Shown here in pieces: positions 8,048-17,541 of a stretch of DNA of 64,000 nucleotides; positions within the stretch are counted from its first letter, which is position 1; each line of letters starts with the position of its first letter. Origin of the DNA: an uncultured Candidatus Saccharibacteria bacterium (GTDB lineage: Bacteria > Patescibacteriota > Saccharimonadia > Saccharimonadales > JALRHH01); assembly GCA_964474995.1 (NCBI GenBank), contig CAYYUY010000003.1, positions 25,347 to 89,346 on the forward strand. The letters run 5' to 3'. Below the pieces are notes generated by a model. It made no database searches and was not told where the DNA came from. It was given only the letters and a program-made list of their open reading frames with translations. A program made the position numbers and the translations under genes.

Positions 8048-10153
8048 TTAGTAGTAATACCATCTGTCATTGGAGCCTGTTGTCGTCACATCATGAATCT
8101 TGTGTGGTTCGCCACCATCAAGACTGAGCACGTAGTCGGCAATCTCATTATCAGTACTGACACGGTAGATAAGTGTATGGTTATCGAGCCATTTTACAGG
8201 GTAGCGTAGTCCACTCTTGGTAAGTAGTGTTGTGTCTTTCCCTGTTGCAACGTCGTGGTTGAGGAGCACTCCTTTGCCATCTCGATTGTCGACCCAAAGG
8301 CTGTGTTTGCCATCTGGACTATCAACGTAGACTCGCGAATTGGTATTCGCTGGCTGTCCATCTAATTTTGTAGCCGTGACTGAGCCAATCACATGCTGAT
8401 ACCAGGCGCCAGGGACCGACAATACAATGTGGCCGTAATCAATACGGAAGGCATTCCATGTTTCACCGACCAATATAACTTGCTTGCCACTGCCATCGTA
8501 TTTGATCTTTGTAAAATTACCGACTGGGTCATTCAGTGCGCCGGTTGGTGCGTAATAAATACTATCGCCGACAGCCAATACATCGTTGAAGTAGTTGGCC
8601 GATGTTAACTGCTTGTTGTCGCGCTTGGCGTAGTCATAACTCATCAGACGTTCGCGGTCTGGGTTGGCGGCACTTGCACCAGAGGCAATTTGTACATATG
8701 CCAAACGGCCGTTATTCCATCCTACGATCTGGATCTGTTCTGACTGTGACACTTTGACGGTTGCACCGCTATCAAGGTCCACCATAGTCAGCGTGCTCAG
8801 TAAGTAGCCGTCTTTGTTTCGAACAGGCTCTCTTGTCGATACGACTGCCACAATATTATCGTTAGGGTCTGATGCGATCACCATATCGGCACGTTCATTC
8901 CCAGAGCCCGGTAGTACGACTTGGTCGTTTTTGCCATCAACATCTATCTTGTATACATCGTAATTACCAGAACGATTAGAGACGTATGCATGCTTCCGAG
9001 CAGACACCATCTGAACCGCAATCTGTGATTTGCTGTCGGTATTGAGCGTAACGTGTTCGTCACGAAGTCCGGGGCTGGTAATCGTGACATCGACCGTGTC
9101 CTTGGCGTTTTTATCGAGCGTAAGCGTAGCTATACCCTTGTCGTCAGCATTGGCATCGGCATATTCGGATGCGACCGTGGCCGTCTTGATTGGCTTGCCA
9201 GATAAATAGTCAGTGATTGCGAAGGTGTACTGGCTACCGGCGGGTAGTAATTGATAGCCAACAAGTGGGTTACTGCCCCAGCCAATCGTAATGTTCTGCG
9301 TGATAGGTGCGAAAGCGCGCTTTTCAATACTCAGCGTCGTCTTTCCAAGACGTAAATGTTGCAGGCGCACGACGCCCTTATCATCTGTTTGGCCAATTTG
9401 GTCGGCAATCTTCACGGTCACATTTTTGAGTGGTAGCTGCGTACTGCGATCAGTAACCGTTACTGATGCGCTACTCCTGACACCAACATTGTTGAGTACA
9501 TAGTAACGACTGGCTGGCATACCGATACCAACGGCTAACGCCGCCACAATTACACCAATCGTGATCCAGCGAGCAATAGGATTGTGCCACCAGGCAGCAA
9601 AAAACGCACCGAGGCGGGCTTTGAATGTTGGCTTAGTAATAGGGGTAAACTGCCTCGTTCGTTCGTCTTCGGCTGCCAGTAACTCATCACCTTCTTTGGC
9701 AACGATATCATTGACGAGCTTGTCAGTGTGATCATCATCCAGCGCATCCGTCAGAAGTGCCTCATTGATCGTGAGCGTTGGTTCAATCAGTTTAATACTT
9801 TCATCAATGGTGGCAGTGTCGTCGGATAGTTCTGGCAGTGGCTCCTCGACTTCCTGGGGTTCTAGTGGTTTGATGACTTTTTTCGGGGCTGGTTGGATTT
9901 TTTCGCCCTGAGTAATTGGGATTTTGGTGGGTTCGGTAGGAATTGGGGTATCAGGCAATAACGGCGCCGTAACGGCTTCAGCTGGCTCAGTAATTTCCAC
10001 TGGAGTAGCGTCTTCTACCGGTGACCGCTCTGGCTCGGTATCATGAGAAATATCAATTTTCTTTGATTTTGACTCAGGAGCAAGCAGCTCATCTACATGC
10101 TGTTCAAGCTCGGCGTCATATGGGTTGTCTGTGTTCTTTTTGGGCTTAGCCAT
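8048..10153 (-). CDS. large membrane-anchored protein with a TolB-like beta-propeller C-terminal half
   Basis: It has an acidic/Pro-rich N-terminal region and a single TM helix (WITIGVIVAALAVGIGM). Beta-sandwich-like segments follow. PD40/TolB-like repeats are then visible (SNRSGNYDVYKIDVDGKNDQVVL, SPDGKHSLWVDNRDG). Confidence 0.6.
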   Translation of the reverse strand: MAKPKKNTDNPYDAELEQHVDELLAPESKSKKIDISHDTEPERSPVEDATPVEITEPAEAVTAPLLPDTPIPTEPTKIPITQGEKIQPAPKKVIKPLEPQEVEEPLPELSDDTATIDESIKLIEPTLTINEALLTDALDDDHTDKLVNDIVAKEGDELLAAEDERTRQFTPITKPTFKARLGAFFAAWWHNPIARWITIGVIVAALAVGIGMPASRYYVLNNVGVRSSASVTVTDRSTQLPLKNVTVKIADQIGQTDDKGVVRLQHLRLGKTTLSIEKRAFAPITQNITIGWGSNPLVGYQLLPAGSQYTFAITDYLSGKPIKTATVASEYADANADDKGIATLTLDKNAKDTVDVTITSPGLRDEHVTLNTDSKSQIAVQMVSARKHAYVSNRSGNYDVYKIDVDGKNDQVVLPGSGNERADMVIASDPNDNIVAVVSTREPVRNKDGYLLSTLTMVDLDSGATVKVSQSEQIQIVGWNNGRLAYVQIASGASAANPDRERLMSYDYAKRDNKQLTSANYFNDVLAVGDSIYYAPTGALNDPVGNFTKIKYDGSGKQVILVGETWNAFRIDYGHIVLSVPGAWYQHVIGSVTATKLDGQPANTNSRVYVDSPDGKHSLWVDNRDGKGVLLNHDVATGKDTTLLTKSGLRYPVKWLDNHTLIYRVSTDNEIADYVLSLDGGEPHKIHDVTTTGSNDRWYYY

Positions 10154-10199
10154 TGTAGTATTAGTTTAGCAGATAACAGATACAAGCTTAAGTGTTATC

Positions 10200-10586
10200 C
10201 TAGCGCTTAGATTTTTTACGTTTTTTGGATTTGGGCTTGGGCTTCGTCGGCTGAGCCGGTGGTGACGCTATCGGCTCTGGTGCAACTTCTTCTGGTGCCG
10301 CGACATTGGTAGTTCGCGTCGTCGGCCACAGTACCACAATAATGAAAATAACGAGGGGGATGAGTAGCCACACAAGGGGGCTCGTATGATGAAGCTGCGT
10401 TGGTGGTACAACCTTTGCCTGTGATGACTGCTGGACAGTTTGATTACCAACTCGTAGTTGAGGTGCCACCAGCTGATCTTGTGTGAAATTTTGAGATGAA
10501 GTCGAAGGACTTGTAGGCTGCAGATCATTACGTGGCTGTTGAATTGCAGTTGGCTGCTGATCCTGAAGTGTTCCAGTTGTATCCAT
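10200..10586 (-). CDS. hypothetical Pro/Gln-rich membrane protein
   Basis: 128-aa ORF with one TM helix (LVWLLIPLVIFIIVVLW) and a Lys-rich C-terminus. Confidence 0.45.
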   Translation of the reverse strand: MDTTGTLQDQQPTAIQQPRNDLQPTSPSTSSQNFTQDQLVAPQLRVGNQTVQQSSQAKVVPPTQLHHTSPLVWLLIPLVIFIIVVLWPTTRTTNVAAPEEVAPEPIASPPAQPTKPKPKSKKRKKSKR

Positions 10587-10650
10587 AATTAGATTCAGTA
10601 TAGCAAAGCATTAGCTTGACGACCCGCAAATGCGGGCGTACAGTAAATTT

Positions 10651-10798
10651 CATGATTCGATACGCTCGCAAGTATGTCGCTTGAGTTGCTCGTATCCACG
10701 GTGGCCCATGGGACATAGACGCCGAATCTAAAAACGAACCTAAAAAGGGAAAACAAACCCTGAAATGACCCCCGCATAAAACGGGGGTCTCTTTTTTT
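10651..10798 (+). ncRNA. candidate small RNA or leader (unclassified)
   Basis: The promoter-like TTGACG (10616-10621) is separated by 17 nt from TACAGT (10639-10644). About 145 nt of hairpin-rich sequence follows, for example GATACG...CGTATC. It ends at a strong intrinsic terminator, and no plus-strand gene lies upstream that this terminator could serve. Confidence 0.3.
10767..10798 (+). terminator. intrinsic terminator
   Basis: GACCCCCG-cataaaa-CGGGGGTC, an 8-bp G+C-rich stem followed by TCTTTTTTT. Confidence 0.75.
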
Positions 10799-10820
10799 GG
10801 CCCGAGCGTACAATAGGACT

Positions 10821-11465
10821 ATGAATCACCCTATTGCCTCACCCGCCGAACTCAAAAAAGCCACTGCTTATTTATCGCAGGCCGATCCTCTACTCGCGCC
10901 AATTGCAGTTCGGGCTGGCCTGCCACATATCAATCCGCATCACAATTATTACCAAGAGCTTGTCGAGAGTATTATCAGCCAACAGATTAGTGTCAAAGCT
11001 GCCGCCAGCATTTTGGCCAAGTTCCGTGCGCTATTCGATGGACCGAGCTTCCCCATCCCAGAAGCAATTCTCGAGAAATCTCATGAAGAACTCCGTAGCG
11101 CCGGACTCAGTGGCCAAAAGGCTCGCTACATACAAGACCTCGCCGTACATGTCCTAGACGGCAGTCTCAAGTTCGACGACCTCGACAACTTATCAAATAA
11201 CGAGATCACCAAAGAACTAACCGCAGTCAAAGGTATCGGCGAATGGACCGCTCACATGTTCCTGATCTTCAGCATGGGTCGCCTCGATGTCTTGGCCATT
11301 GGTGATCTTGGTATCCGCATGAGTGCCATGAAACTCTATGGCCTGCTAGCGGTACCAACACCGGCGGAAGTTACCCAGCTCGCGGCAGATAAAAACTGGC
11401 ATCCGTATGAGACGGTCGCTTGTTATCTCCTTTGGCACAATCTGGACAACAAACCAGTTAAGTGA
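10821..11465 (+). CDS. DNA-3-methyladenine glycosylase II (AlkA-like, HhH-GPD)
   Basis: ESIISQQISVKAA, GLSGQKARYIQDLA, VKGIGEWTAHMFLIF and the catalytic-Asp region LAIGDLGIR match AlkA. The ATG at 10821 is preferred over the TTG at 10797. Confidence 0.75.
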   Translation: MNHPIASPAELKKATAYLSQADPLLAPIAVRAGLPHINPHHNYYQELVESIISQQISVKAAASILAKFRALFDGPSFPIPEAILEKSHEELRSAGLSGQKARYIQDLAVHVLDGSLKFDDLDNLSNNEITKELTAVKGIGEWTAHMFLIFSMGRLDVLAIGDLGIRMSAMKLYGLLAVPTPAEVTQLAADKNWHPYETVACYLLWHNLDNKPVK

Positions 11466-11582
11466 TTAAATCTTGGTAACGTGGCGTCAACTACAGATGT
11501 GCGTTGTACCGCTCAACGAATAACACATCCAGACACTAGAGCCACTAGCCGGTGTTTTTACTAACACTAAAAGGAGCTTGTT

Positions 11583-11750
11583 ATGTCAAAAATGACACAA
11601 GAAGAACAAGTGGACTGGTACGAGAAGACGCACAAGCACTGGCGTGCTTGGGGCTCTTGGTTCAGCTGGGGTTCACCCGTCGGATTGGGATTATTTTTTC
11701 TCTCCGTCGCTGGATTCATCTGGATTCTCGGCCAAACATTCAACTGGTAG
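11583..11750 (+). CDS. small membrane protein (55 aa), not in the ORF track
   Basis: My translation is MSKMTQEEQVDWYEKTHKHWRAWGSWFSWGSPVGLGLFFLSVAGFIWILGQTFNW. An AAGGAG Shine-Dalgarno lies 7 nt upstream and a terminator follows the ORF. Confidence 0.5.
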   Translation: MSKMTQEEQVDWYEKTHKHWRAWGSWFSWGSPVGLGLFFLSVAGFIWILGQTFNW

Positions 11751-11766
11751 CTACCTGTTTGAAATA

Positions 11767-11796
11767 AAAATACGACACATTTAGTGTCGTATTTTT
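11767..11796. terminator. bidirectional intrinsic terminator
   Basis: AAAATACGACAC-attta-GTGTCGTATTTT hairpin between convergent genes. Confidence 0.7.
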
Positions 11797-13336
11797 ATGT
11801 GACGACTACATCTTCGCCGTAGTGCTTTTCGAGACGTTTTTTGATAGAGCCTGGGTGTCGGCCAAACTCTACTGTCAGTTTCTCGAGTGTGGTTTTGTCT
11901 TCAAATAATTTCTTGAGTTTGGCGTCGTCAGCTTCGGCCCATGGTCGATAGGCGTTTGGATATTCCTCACGCATCTTCTCGAGCTTCAACGACCAGCCGG
12001 TAGCTGTTACTTCTTCGATTTCTTCCTCGGGCTGGGCTTTTCGTTTGGCTTCGGCTTTGTTCCACGATGCGATAGCTTTGGCATGATCCTGAAGTGCCTG
12101 CTCACTCCGACTGCGCAGTGTGGCGTCAATTTCTCGGGCCAATGGGCTGGTCTTGAGCGCCATACCATTCAGGCCATCAAGCACCAACTGGTCCATGCCA
12201 CGAACACGAGACAATGCGACATATCCCATACCTTCGACAAACGCTCGACGGAGGTCAATATGTGCAGCGTCGAGCGTCATCCCCTGGCTCTTGTGTACCG
12301 TAATCGCCCACGCCAATCGCAAGGGTAGTTGCGTCAGAGTTGCGCGCCTTTTATCGCCATCAATCAGTTCCCATGTATCGGGAGATATTGTCATCGTCCG
12401 ACCGTTATTTAATTTCACGATTGGGTAGCCAGAAGCTTTGTCGAAAGACTCAACAATACCCAACGTACCGTTGGCATACTTCTTCTCCTGGCTGTTTTTG
12501 ACACACATTACATGTGCACCGACTTTGAGTTCCAACACTTCCTGGGCAAGGCACGAACGAGTTAATTGTTCGATGAACTTTTTACCACCCGTAGTCGTCA
12601 TTTCGAATGTATGACTCTCGCCATCAAGCCTGTCCAGTTCACCTTGGTTAATCCGATCCACATCAATATTGGTGGTCAGTAGCCGCGTGCGAGCAACAAA
12701 CGGATCAGCCGCTATATCTATACGACTCTGAAGCGCTGTTAATTGGCTGCGCTGTAATACGCCGGCACGAATACCGTTAAGAATTTGCGCATAGGCATCG
12801 TCTTCGCTTTGACGATACTGTTTTTCGAGATAACAGACTGTGAAGTTGCCTGCTCCCCATGTGGCTGAACTCAGCACAAAACTTCCAGCTCGGCTATCGT
12901 GCCGATTGACTGGTGGCAGCTGGAAAAAATCACCACTTAATATGACTTGCAGCCCACCAAACGGTTTGTCATTGCCACGAACTTTGCGCGTAACTTCCTC
13001 GATCATATCGAGTCGGTAATCGTGGAGCATGCTAATTTCATCAATAATCAAGATATCAGCCTTGGCGATCAGCCCCTGACGCTGTTTGCCAACCTTTTGA
13101 AAGAAGGTCTTGGGAAGTTCATCATGAATGCCAATACCGGCCCATGAATGAATCGTCGCACCGTTCAAGTGCGTTGCCGCCAAGCCAGTCGTGGCCGTCA
13201 CTGCAATACTCTTCCGGCGCTTCTTTGCCCGGCGAATAAACTCATTCATCAGATATGTCTTACCCGTACCAGCGGCACCGGTCAGGAGTATCGACTGACC
13301 AGATTCCAAAATCGCTAAGGCTTCTTGCTGTGTCAT
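11795..13336 (-). CDS. PIF1/RecD-family ATP-dependent DNA helicase
   Basis: It has Walker A LLTGAAGTGKTY, Walker B IIDEISML, and VHKSQGMTLD near the C-terminal helicase core. The ATG at 13336 is preferred; the track start at 13354 is a TTG. Confidence 0.8.
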   Translation of the reverse strand: MTQQEALAILESGQSILLTGAAGTGKTYLMNEFIRRAKKRRKSIAVTATTGLAATHLNGATIHSWAGIGIHDELPKTFFQKVGKQRQGLIAKADILIIDEISMLHDYRLDMIEEVTRKVRGNDKPFGGLQVILSGDFFQLPPVNRHDSRAGSFVLSSATWGAGNFTVCYLEKQYRQSEDDAYAQILNGIRAGVLQRSQLTALQSRIDIAADPFVARTRLLTTNIDVDRINQGELDRLDGESHTFEMTTTGGKKFIEQLTRSCLAQEVLELKVGAHVMCVKNSQEKKYANGTLGIVESFDKASGYPIVKLNNGRTMTISPDTWELIDGDKRRATLTQLPLRLAWAITVHKSQGMTLDAAHIDLRRAFVEGMGYVALSRVRGMDQLVLDGLNGMALKTSPLAREIDATLRSRSEQALQDHAKAIASWNKAEAKRKAQPEEEIEEVTATGWSLKLEKMREEYPNAYRPWAEADDAKLKKLFEDKTTLEKLTVEFGRHPGSIKKRLEKHYGEDVVVT

Positions 13337-13343
13337 AGAGTAC

Positions 13344-13937
13344 TCATTGTACAAGCTTTGGCAGCTTGTACTGCAAGACTTTACGACGATAGATAATGAG
13401 CATAACTATTCCAAGGTTGGCAACTGCTGAATAAGCGATGTAGCCGATTTGCACTAAGTCAAAGCTTCTTGCGGTAGCAAGAACCATCCCGGCCGCCATC
13501 CCACAGAGCAACCACGTAATTAACGTCTCCGTTTGCGGCGCTTCCCAAGTCTTTGCCAATATGAGCCAAAATCCAGCAAAATCAATTGCTATGACTATCC
13601 CGACTGTAATTAAGGGCTGGTCTGTAATCAGCCATCCTAAAACACCAAGAATTGCGAGTATAACTGAGATAAAATCCCGGGGCTTAAGTCGACCATAGCC
13701 ATATTTGATAGACAGTAACGCAATGACTAATTGAGTGCACCCTGCCGCTATGAGCAAGCCGGATGCCCAACTAAAACCATGTGATATCTGAGCGGCGAGA
13801 GTAATTATGGTCAGTAAAAGAAATATCCAAAAGCCTGCCCGTTCTGGCTTGGTCTTATGCCTCAATATATCCAAAATATAGGGGACTGACGCGCCAATTT
13901 GGATTATGACTGCAACGATGCCAACCGTAGCTTCCAT
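13344..13937 (-). CDS. hypothetical polytopic membrane protein
   Basis: 197 aa with about 6 hydrophobic helices. I recognised no motif. Confidence 0.5.
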   Translation of the reverse strand: MEATVGIVAVIIQIGASVPYILDILRHKTKPERAGFWIFLLLTIITLAAQISHGFSWASGLLIAAGCTQLVIALLSIKYGYGRLKPRDFISVILAILGVLGWLITDQPLITVGIVIAIDFAGFWLILAKTWEAPQTETLITWLLCGMAAGMVLATARSFDLVQIGYIAYSAVANLGIVMLIIYRRKVLQYKLPKLVQ

Positions 13938-13939
13938 GT

Positions 13940-15700
13940 CTATTTTTGGTCTACTGTCTCAATACTGAGTTCTTTGAGCTGGGCTTCATCAACGACGCTC
14001 GGTGAGCTCATCATGGTGTCGACACCAGAACCGTTCTTTGGAAATGCGATAACTTCGCGAATGTTTTCTTCGCCGAGCAGGACCATAAAGATACGGTCGA
14101 TACCAAATGCACAACCAGCGTGCGGTGGGGCGCCAAATTTGAAAGCGTTGATCATCGCGCCAAATTTAGTGTCAACATAAGCGTTGTCATAACCAAGCGC
14201 ATTAAAGACTGCGTACAGGACGTCAGGGTTATGGTTTCGCACGCCACCTGAACAGATCTCGTAGCCGTTCATGACCATGTCGTACTGATCTGCAACGATA
14301 CTGAGCTTGTCTTCGGCCTGCAAGGCTTCGACGCCACCCTTTGGCATCGAGAATGGGTTGTGGCCAAAGTCGAGTTTGTTCTGGCTATCGTTCCACTCAT
14401 AGAATGGGAAGTCAACAATCCAGGCAAGTGCCACGACGTTTGGATCTTTGAGGTTGAAGTGGTCAGCAAATTCATTGCGAAGACGCCCCAGTACTTTGTA
14501 GACCGTTGGGCGCTTGTCGGCACCAAAGAATATGATGTCACCATCTGTTGCACCAGTCTTTTCGCGAACGGCAGTCAGCTCTTCAGGGCTGAGGAATTTA
14601 GCAATCGGTGACTTCACTTCACCGTTTTCGAAGGTCAGATATGCCAGACCGCCGGCACCTTCTTGCTTGGCAATTTCAGTAAATGAATCAATTTGGGAAC
14701 GGCTGAGTGTGCTGCCGTTTTTGACGCAGATTGCTTTTACACAGCCGCCACCACTAATCGCACCGGCGAATACGCCAAAACCACTACTCGCAAATACATC
14801 TGAAAGTTCAACCAGTTCCATACCAAAGCGTAGATCCGGCTTGTCTGAACCAAAGCGCTCCATGGATTCATGGAATGGGATTCGTGGAATGTCTTCCGAG
14901 AGTAACTGCTTACCACCAAACCCGGTCACGAGCTGCTTGATAAGTGGCTCCATAGTTGTGCGAACTTCTTCGCCATCTTCGGCAAAAGCCATTTCGAGGT
15001 CAAGTTGGTAAAAGTCACCGTACAATCGATCGGCGCGAGGGTCTTCGTCGCGGAAACAAGTAGCTATTTGGTAATAACGAGCCACGCCACCAACCATTAG
15101 CAGCTGTTTGAACTGCTGTGGGGCCTGCGGCAAGGCGTAGAATTTGCCAGGGTGAACACGAGATGGGACCAAAAAGTCACGAGCGCCCTCTGGGCTAGAG
15201 TTAGCCAAAATTGGTGTTGTGACTTCTGTAAATTCGTTGGCTTCCATGTAGTCACGGAGAATCTTGTAGTAGACAGCCCTCTTTCGAAGCGTTTCCTGCA
15301 TTTTGGCGCGGCGCAGATCAAGGTAGCGGTATTTGAGTCGTACGTCTTCACTAGCGGTATCGTCGCCGTGAATTTGAATTGGTAATGGCTCGGAGCGGTT
15401 GAGAATTTCAAGACCTTCCACTTTGATTTCGATAGCACCCGTACCAATATTGGCGTTCTTTAGACCTTCTGAACGTTCACGGACAAGGCCCGTTGCCGCA
15501 ATCACATATTCGTCGCGCACCTGTTCTGCAGCCTTGAATGCCTCGGCACTTTCTGGCTGGATAACGAGCTGAGCAATGCCAGTGTGGTCGCGAATATCAA
15601 CAAAGATCAGACCGCCGTGGTCGCGACGTGACTGTACCCAACCCTTGACGGTTACTTGGTTACCGATATTTGAAACAGTGTCTTTGGTGTACGTTCGCAT
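13940..15700 (-). CDS. aspS: aspartate--tRNA ligase
   Basis: 586 aa. GWVQSRRDHGGLIFVDIRDHTG (OB-fold anticodon-binding domain), FRDEDPRADR and GAPPHAGCAFGIDR are class IIb AspRS motifs. Confidence 0.95.
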   Translation of the reverse strand: MRTYTKDTVSNIGNQVTVKGWVQSRRDHGGLIFVDIRDHTGIAQLVIQPESAEAFKAAEQVRDEYVIAATGLVRERSEGLKNANIGTGAIEIKVEGLEILNRSEPLPIQIHGDDTASEDVRLKYRYLDLRRAKMQETLRKRAVYYKILRDYMEANEFTEVTTPILANSSPEGARDFLVPSRVHPGKFYALPQAPQQFKQLLMVGGVARYYQIATCFRDEDPRADRLYGDFYQLDLEMAFAEDGEEVRTTMEPLIKQLVTGFGGKQLLSEDIPRIPFHESMERFGSDKPDLRFGMELVELSDVFASSGFGVFAGAISGGGCVKAICVKNGSTLSRSQIDSFTEIAKQEGAGGLAYLTFENGEVKSPIAKFLSPEELTAVREKTGATDGDIIFFGADKRPTVYKVLGRLRNEFADHFNLKDPNVVALAWIVDFPFYEWNDSQNKLDFGHNPFSMPKGGVEALQAEDKLSIVADQYDMVMNGYEICSGGVRNHNPDVLYAVFNALGYDNAYVDTKFGAMINAFKFGAPPHAGCAFGIDRIFMVLLGEENIREVIAFPKNGSGVDTMMSSPSVVDEAQLKELSIETVDQK

Positions 15701-15707
15701 CAGTTGC

Positions 15708-16763
15708 TTATTCTATCACCTCTGTTACGTCAAGTACATCCTCTGTTTTCTTGCCGTGTTCTTTGTGTTCGGTAGTTGCCTGGCGCGCGGCGACTGCTCG
15801 AAGGTCCTCGTATTGGTCAAATTCATCCATGATTGGCTTGCCGACAATTTGTTCGAGTACATCCTCGATAGTAATGATGCCGACGTATTCTTCGAAGCCA
15901 TTGACCACAACCATCATCTGACGGCGAGTCTTGAGTACTGCTTGGAGCGCATCAGCCAAGGGCTGCTCTTCATGTACATAGCAAACATCGTCAGCGTGCA
16001 TGATCTTGCGCACTGAACCGCCGGTCTTGGCACGAGTGAGATCACGCAGATACAACGTACCCACAATGACATCTTCTTTGCCTTCGTAGACTGGGAAGCG
16101 TGAGTGACCACTACCGTGGAGCTCAGTCATAAGCACCGGACCAACTTGCTCATCAGCAGAGACCATTTTGACGATCCGCCTCGGCATCATGACATCGCGT
16201 ATCAATCGATCACCAAATGTCAGTGCATGTTGTGCAACTTCAAGCTCTAATTGCTCAATGCGGTTGCCTGGCTGAACCTGCTGTTTATTAAGCAAGTCTA
16301 TGAGATCTGACTTTTCGTACAGACCAGTATGGACCGTGACTGGACGGTGGCGACGGACAAAACTAATGGCTCTATCAAGTAATGGGTGTAGATATTGTAG
16401 TAACCATTCCAAAATTGGTGCCAGCCACCCAGCCACACGCTCACCTACCCCAGTCACACGGCTGGCAGGTAAGTACATAAAGCCGGCCCATAAGAACACT
16501 AAACTTAGGAGAAAGGCGATCCAGTCAGGCCAGACATGCGATACATACACAAAGAAACCAGCAAATGACGTGCCAACTAGTACCCACAGTACGGCTCGCA
16601 AACTGTAACCATAGCCAACGGCTCGATAGAGTAGCATTGCAAACTCGTCACCAGCCCTTGCGCGACGTTTTAATTCCTTGGGCGGAACGGCCGCGTAGGT
16701 TTTTTGTAAACTAATAGTCAGCAGTGCCAAACAGGCCAACAGGACGCTAAAGAGTATTCTCAT
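15708..16763 (-). CDS. CNNM/HlyC-CorC family transporter (DUF21 plus CBS pair)
   Basis: An N-terminal four-helix membrane domain is followed by a CBS-pair region (VRDVMMPRRIVKMV...GIITIEDVLEQIVG). Confidence 0.75.
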   Translation of the reverse strand: MRILFSVLLACLALLTISLQKTYAAVPPKELKRRARAGDEFAMLLYRAVGYGYSLRAVLWVLVGTSFAGFFVYVSHVWPDWIAFLLSLVFLWAGFMYLPASRVTGVGERVAGWLAPILEWLLQYLHPLLDRAISFVRRHRPVTVHTGLYEKSDLIDLLNKQQVQPGNRIEQLELEVAQHALTFGDRLIRDVMMPRRIVKMVSADEQVGPVLMTELHGSGHSRFPVYEGKEDVIVGTLYLRDLTRAKTGGSVRKIMHADDVCYVHEEQPLADALQAVLKTRRQMMVVVNGFEEYVGIITIEDVLEQIVGKPIMDEFDQYEDLRAVAARQATTEHKEHGKKTEDVLDVTEVIE

Positions 16764-16852
16764 ACAAAGATTGTACGATTACCGTAGGAGTTTTGGAAGT
16801 TTTAGCTCAAGGTACGGTACTATGTAATGGAATAAGTTTAGTGGAGGCTCTC

Positions 16853-17491
16853 ATGAACAATCGTTTTGCAATTATTTTGATTGCGTTAGTTGCAGTCTTT
16901 GTTGGTATCTTTGTGACTACCAAACACAAAAGTGAAACTCCTACCAACACCGGTGGTAGCTCTCAGATCAGTAACCACCTGTATGGTGATAACGCCAAGG
17001 GTGTCACACTCGTCGAATATGGTGATTACCAGTGTCCTGCGTGTACTGCATACTACCCAATCGTCAAGGCAGCTGTCGACTCACACAAAGCCGACATCCA
17101 CTTCCAGTTCGTAAACTACCCGCTCACCCAACTTCACCCGAACGCCATGGCTGCACACCGCGCTGCCGAAGCTGCGGGTATCCAGGGCAAGTACTGGGAA
17201 ATGCACGACATGCTCTATGAACAGCACGATTCATGGGCTGACAGCAAGAGCGCCTCAACAATTTTTGAAGGCTACGCCCAAGAACTTGGACTCAATGTTG
17301 CGAAGTTCAAGGCTGACGCCGCAAGTAGCGCCGTAAACGATATCATCCAAGCAGACCTCAAAAAGGGTCAGTCGCTTGACATCACTGGCACACCGACCTT
17401 CTACCTTGACGGTCAAAAAGTCAGCAGCCCACCACAGACTGCCGAAGCGTTTGGTCAATTACTCGATCAAGCAATCGCTGCCAAGAAATAA
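16853..17491 (+). CDS. DsbA-family thiol:disulfide oxidoreductase, membrane-anchored
   Basis: It has the active site YQCPAC and a thioredoxin-fold context. The ATG at 16853 has a GGAGG Shine-Dalgarno, and there is an N-terminal TM helix. Confidence 0.75.
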   Translation: MNNRFAIILIALVAVFVGIFVTTKHKSETPTNTGGSSQISNHLYGDNAKGVTLVEYGDYQCPACTAYYPIVKAAVDSHKADIHFQFVNYPLTQLHPNAMAAHRAAEAAGIQGKYWEMHDMLYEQHDSWADSKSASTIFEGYAQELGLNVAKFKADAASSAVNDIIQADLKKGQSLDITGTPTFYLDGQKVSSPPQTAEAFGQLLDQAIAAKK

Positions 17492-17510
17492 TCATAGTTA
17501 TAAAAACGCA

Positions 17511-17541
17511 AAAGCCACCGACGTTAGCCGGTGGCTTTTCA
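17511..17541. terminator. bidirectional intrinsic terminator
   Basis: AAAGCCACCG-acgttagc-CGGTGGCTTTT, with A/T runs on both sides. Confidence 0.7.

Noticed and set aside
10163-10198. Recurrence of the heptamer TTGTATC/GATACAA in three intergenic regions (10.17, 19.32 and 58.22 kb) as a shared regulon motif.
   Set aside because: A 7-mer is expected several times by chance in 64 kb read on both strands, and the spacing differs at each site. Only the individual perfect palindromes are reported.
14514-15011. Long nested or antisense ORFs in the track. These are 14514-15011 inside aspS, 18543-19040 inside mntH, 19825-20349 inside the antiporter gene, 21676-22200, 23794-24408 and 33864-34490.
   Set aside because: Each lies entirely within, or opposite to, a longer ORF with clear family motifs or natural protein composition. 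Their own translations are low-complexity or Ser/Arg/Cys-rich, as expected for off-frame reading.
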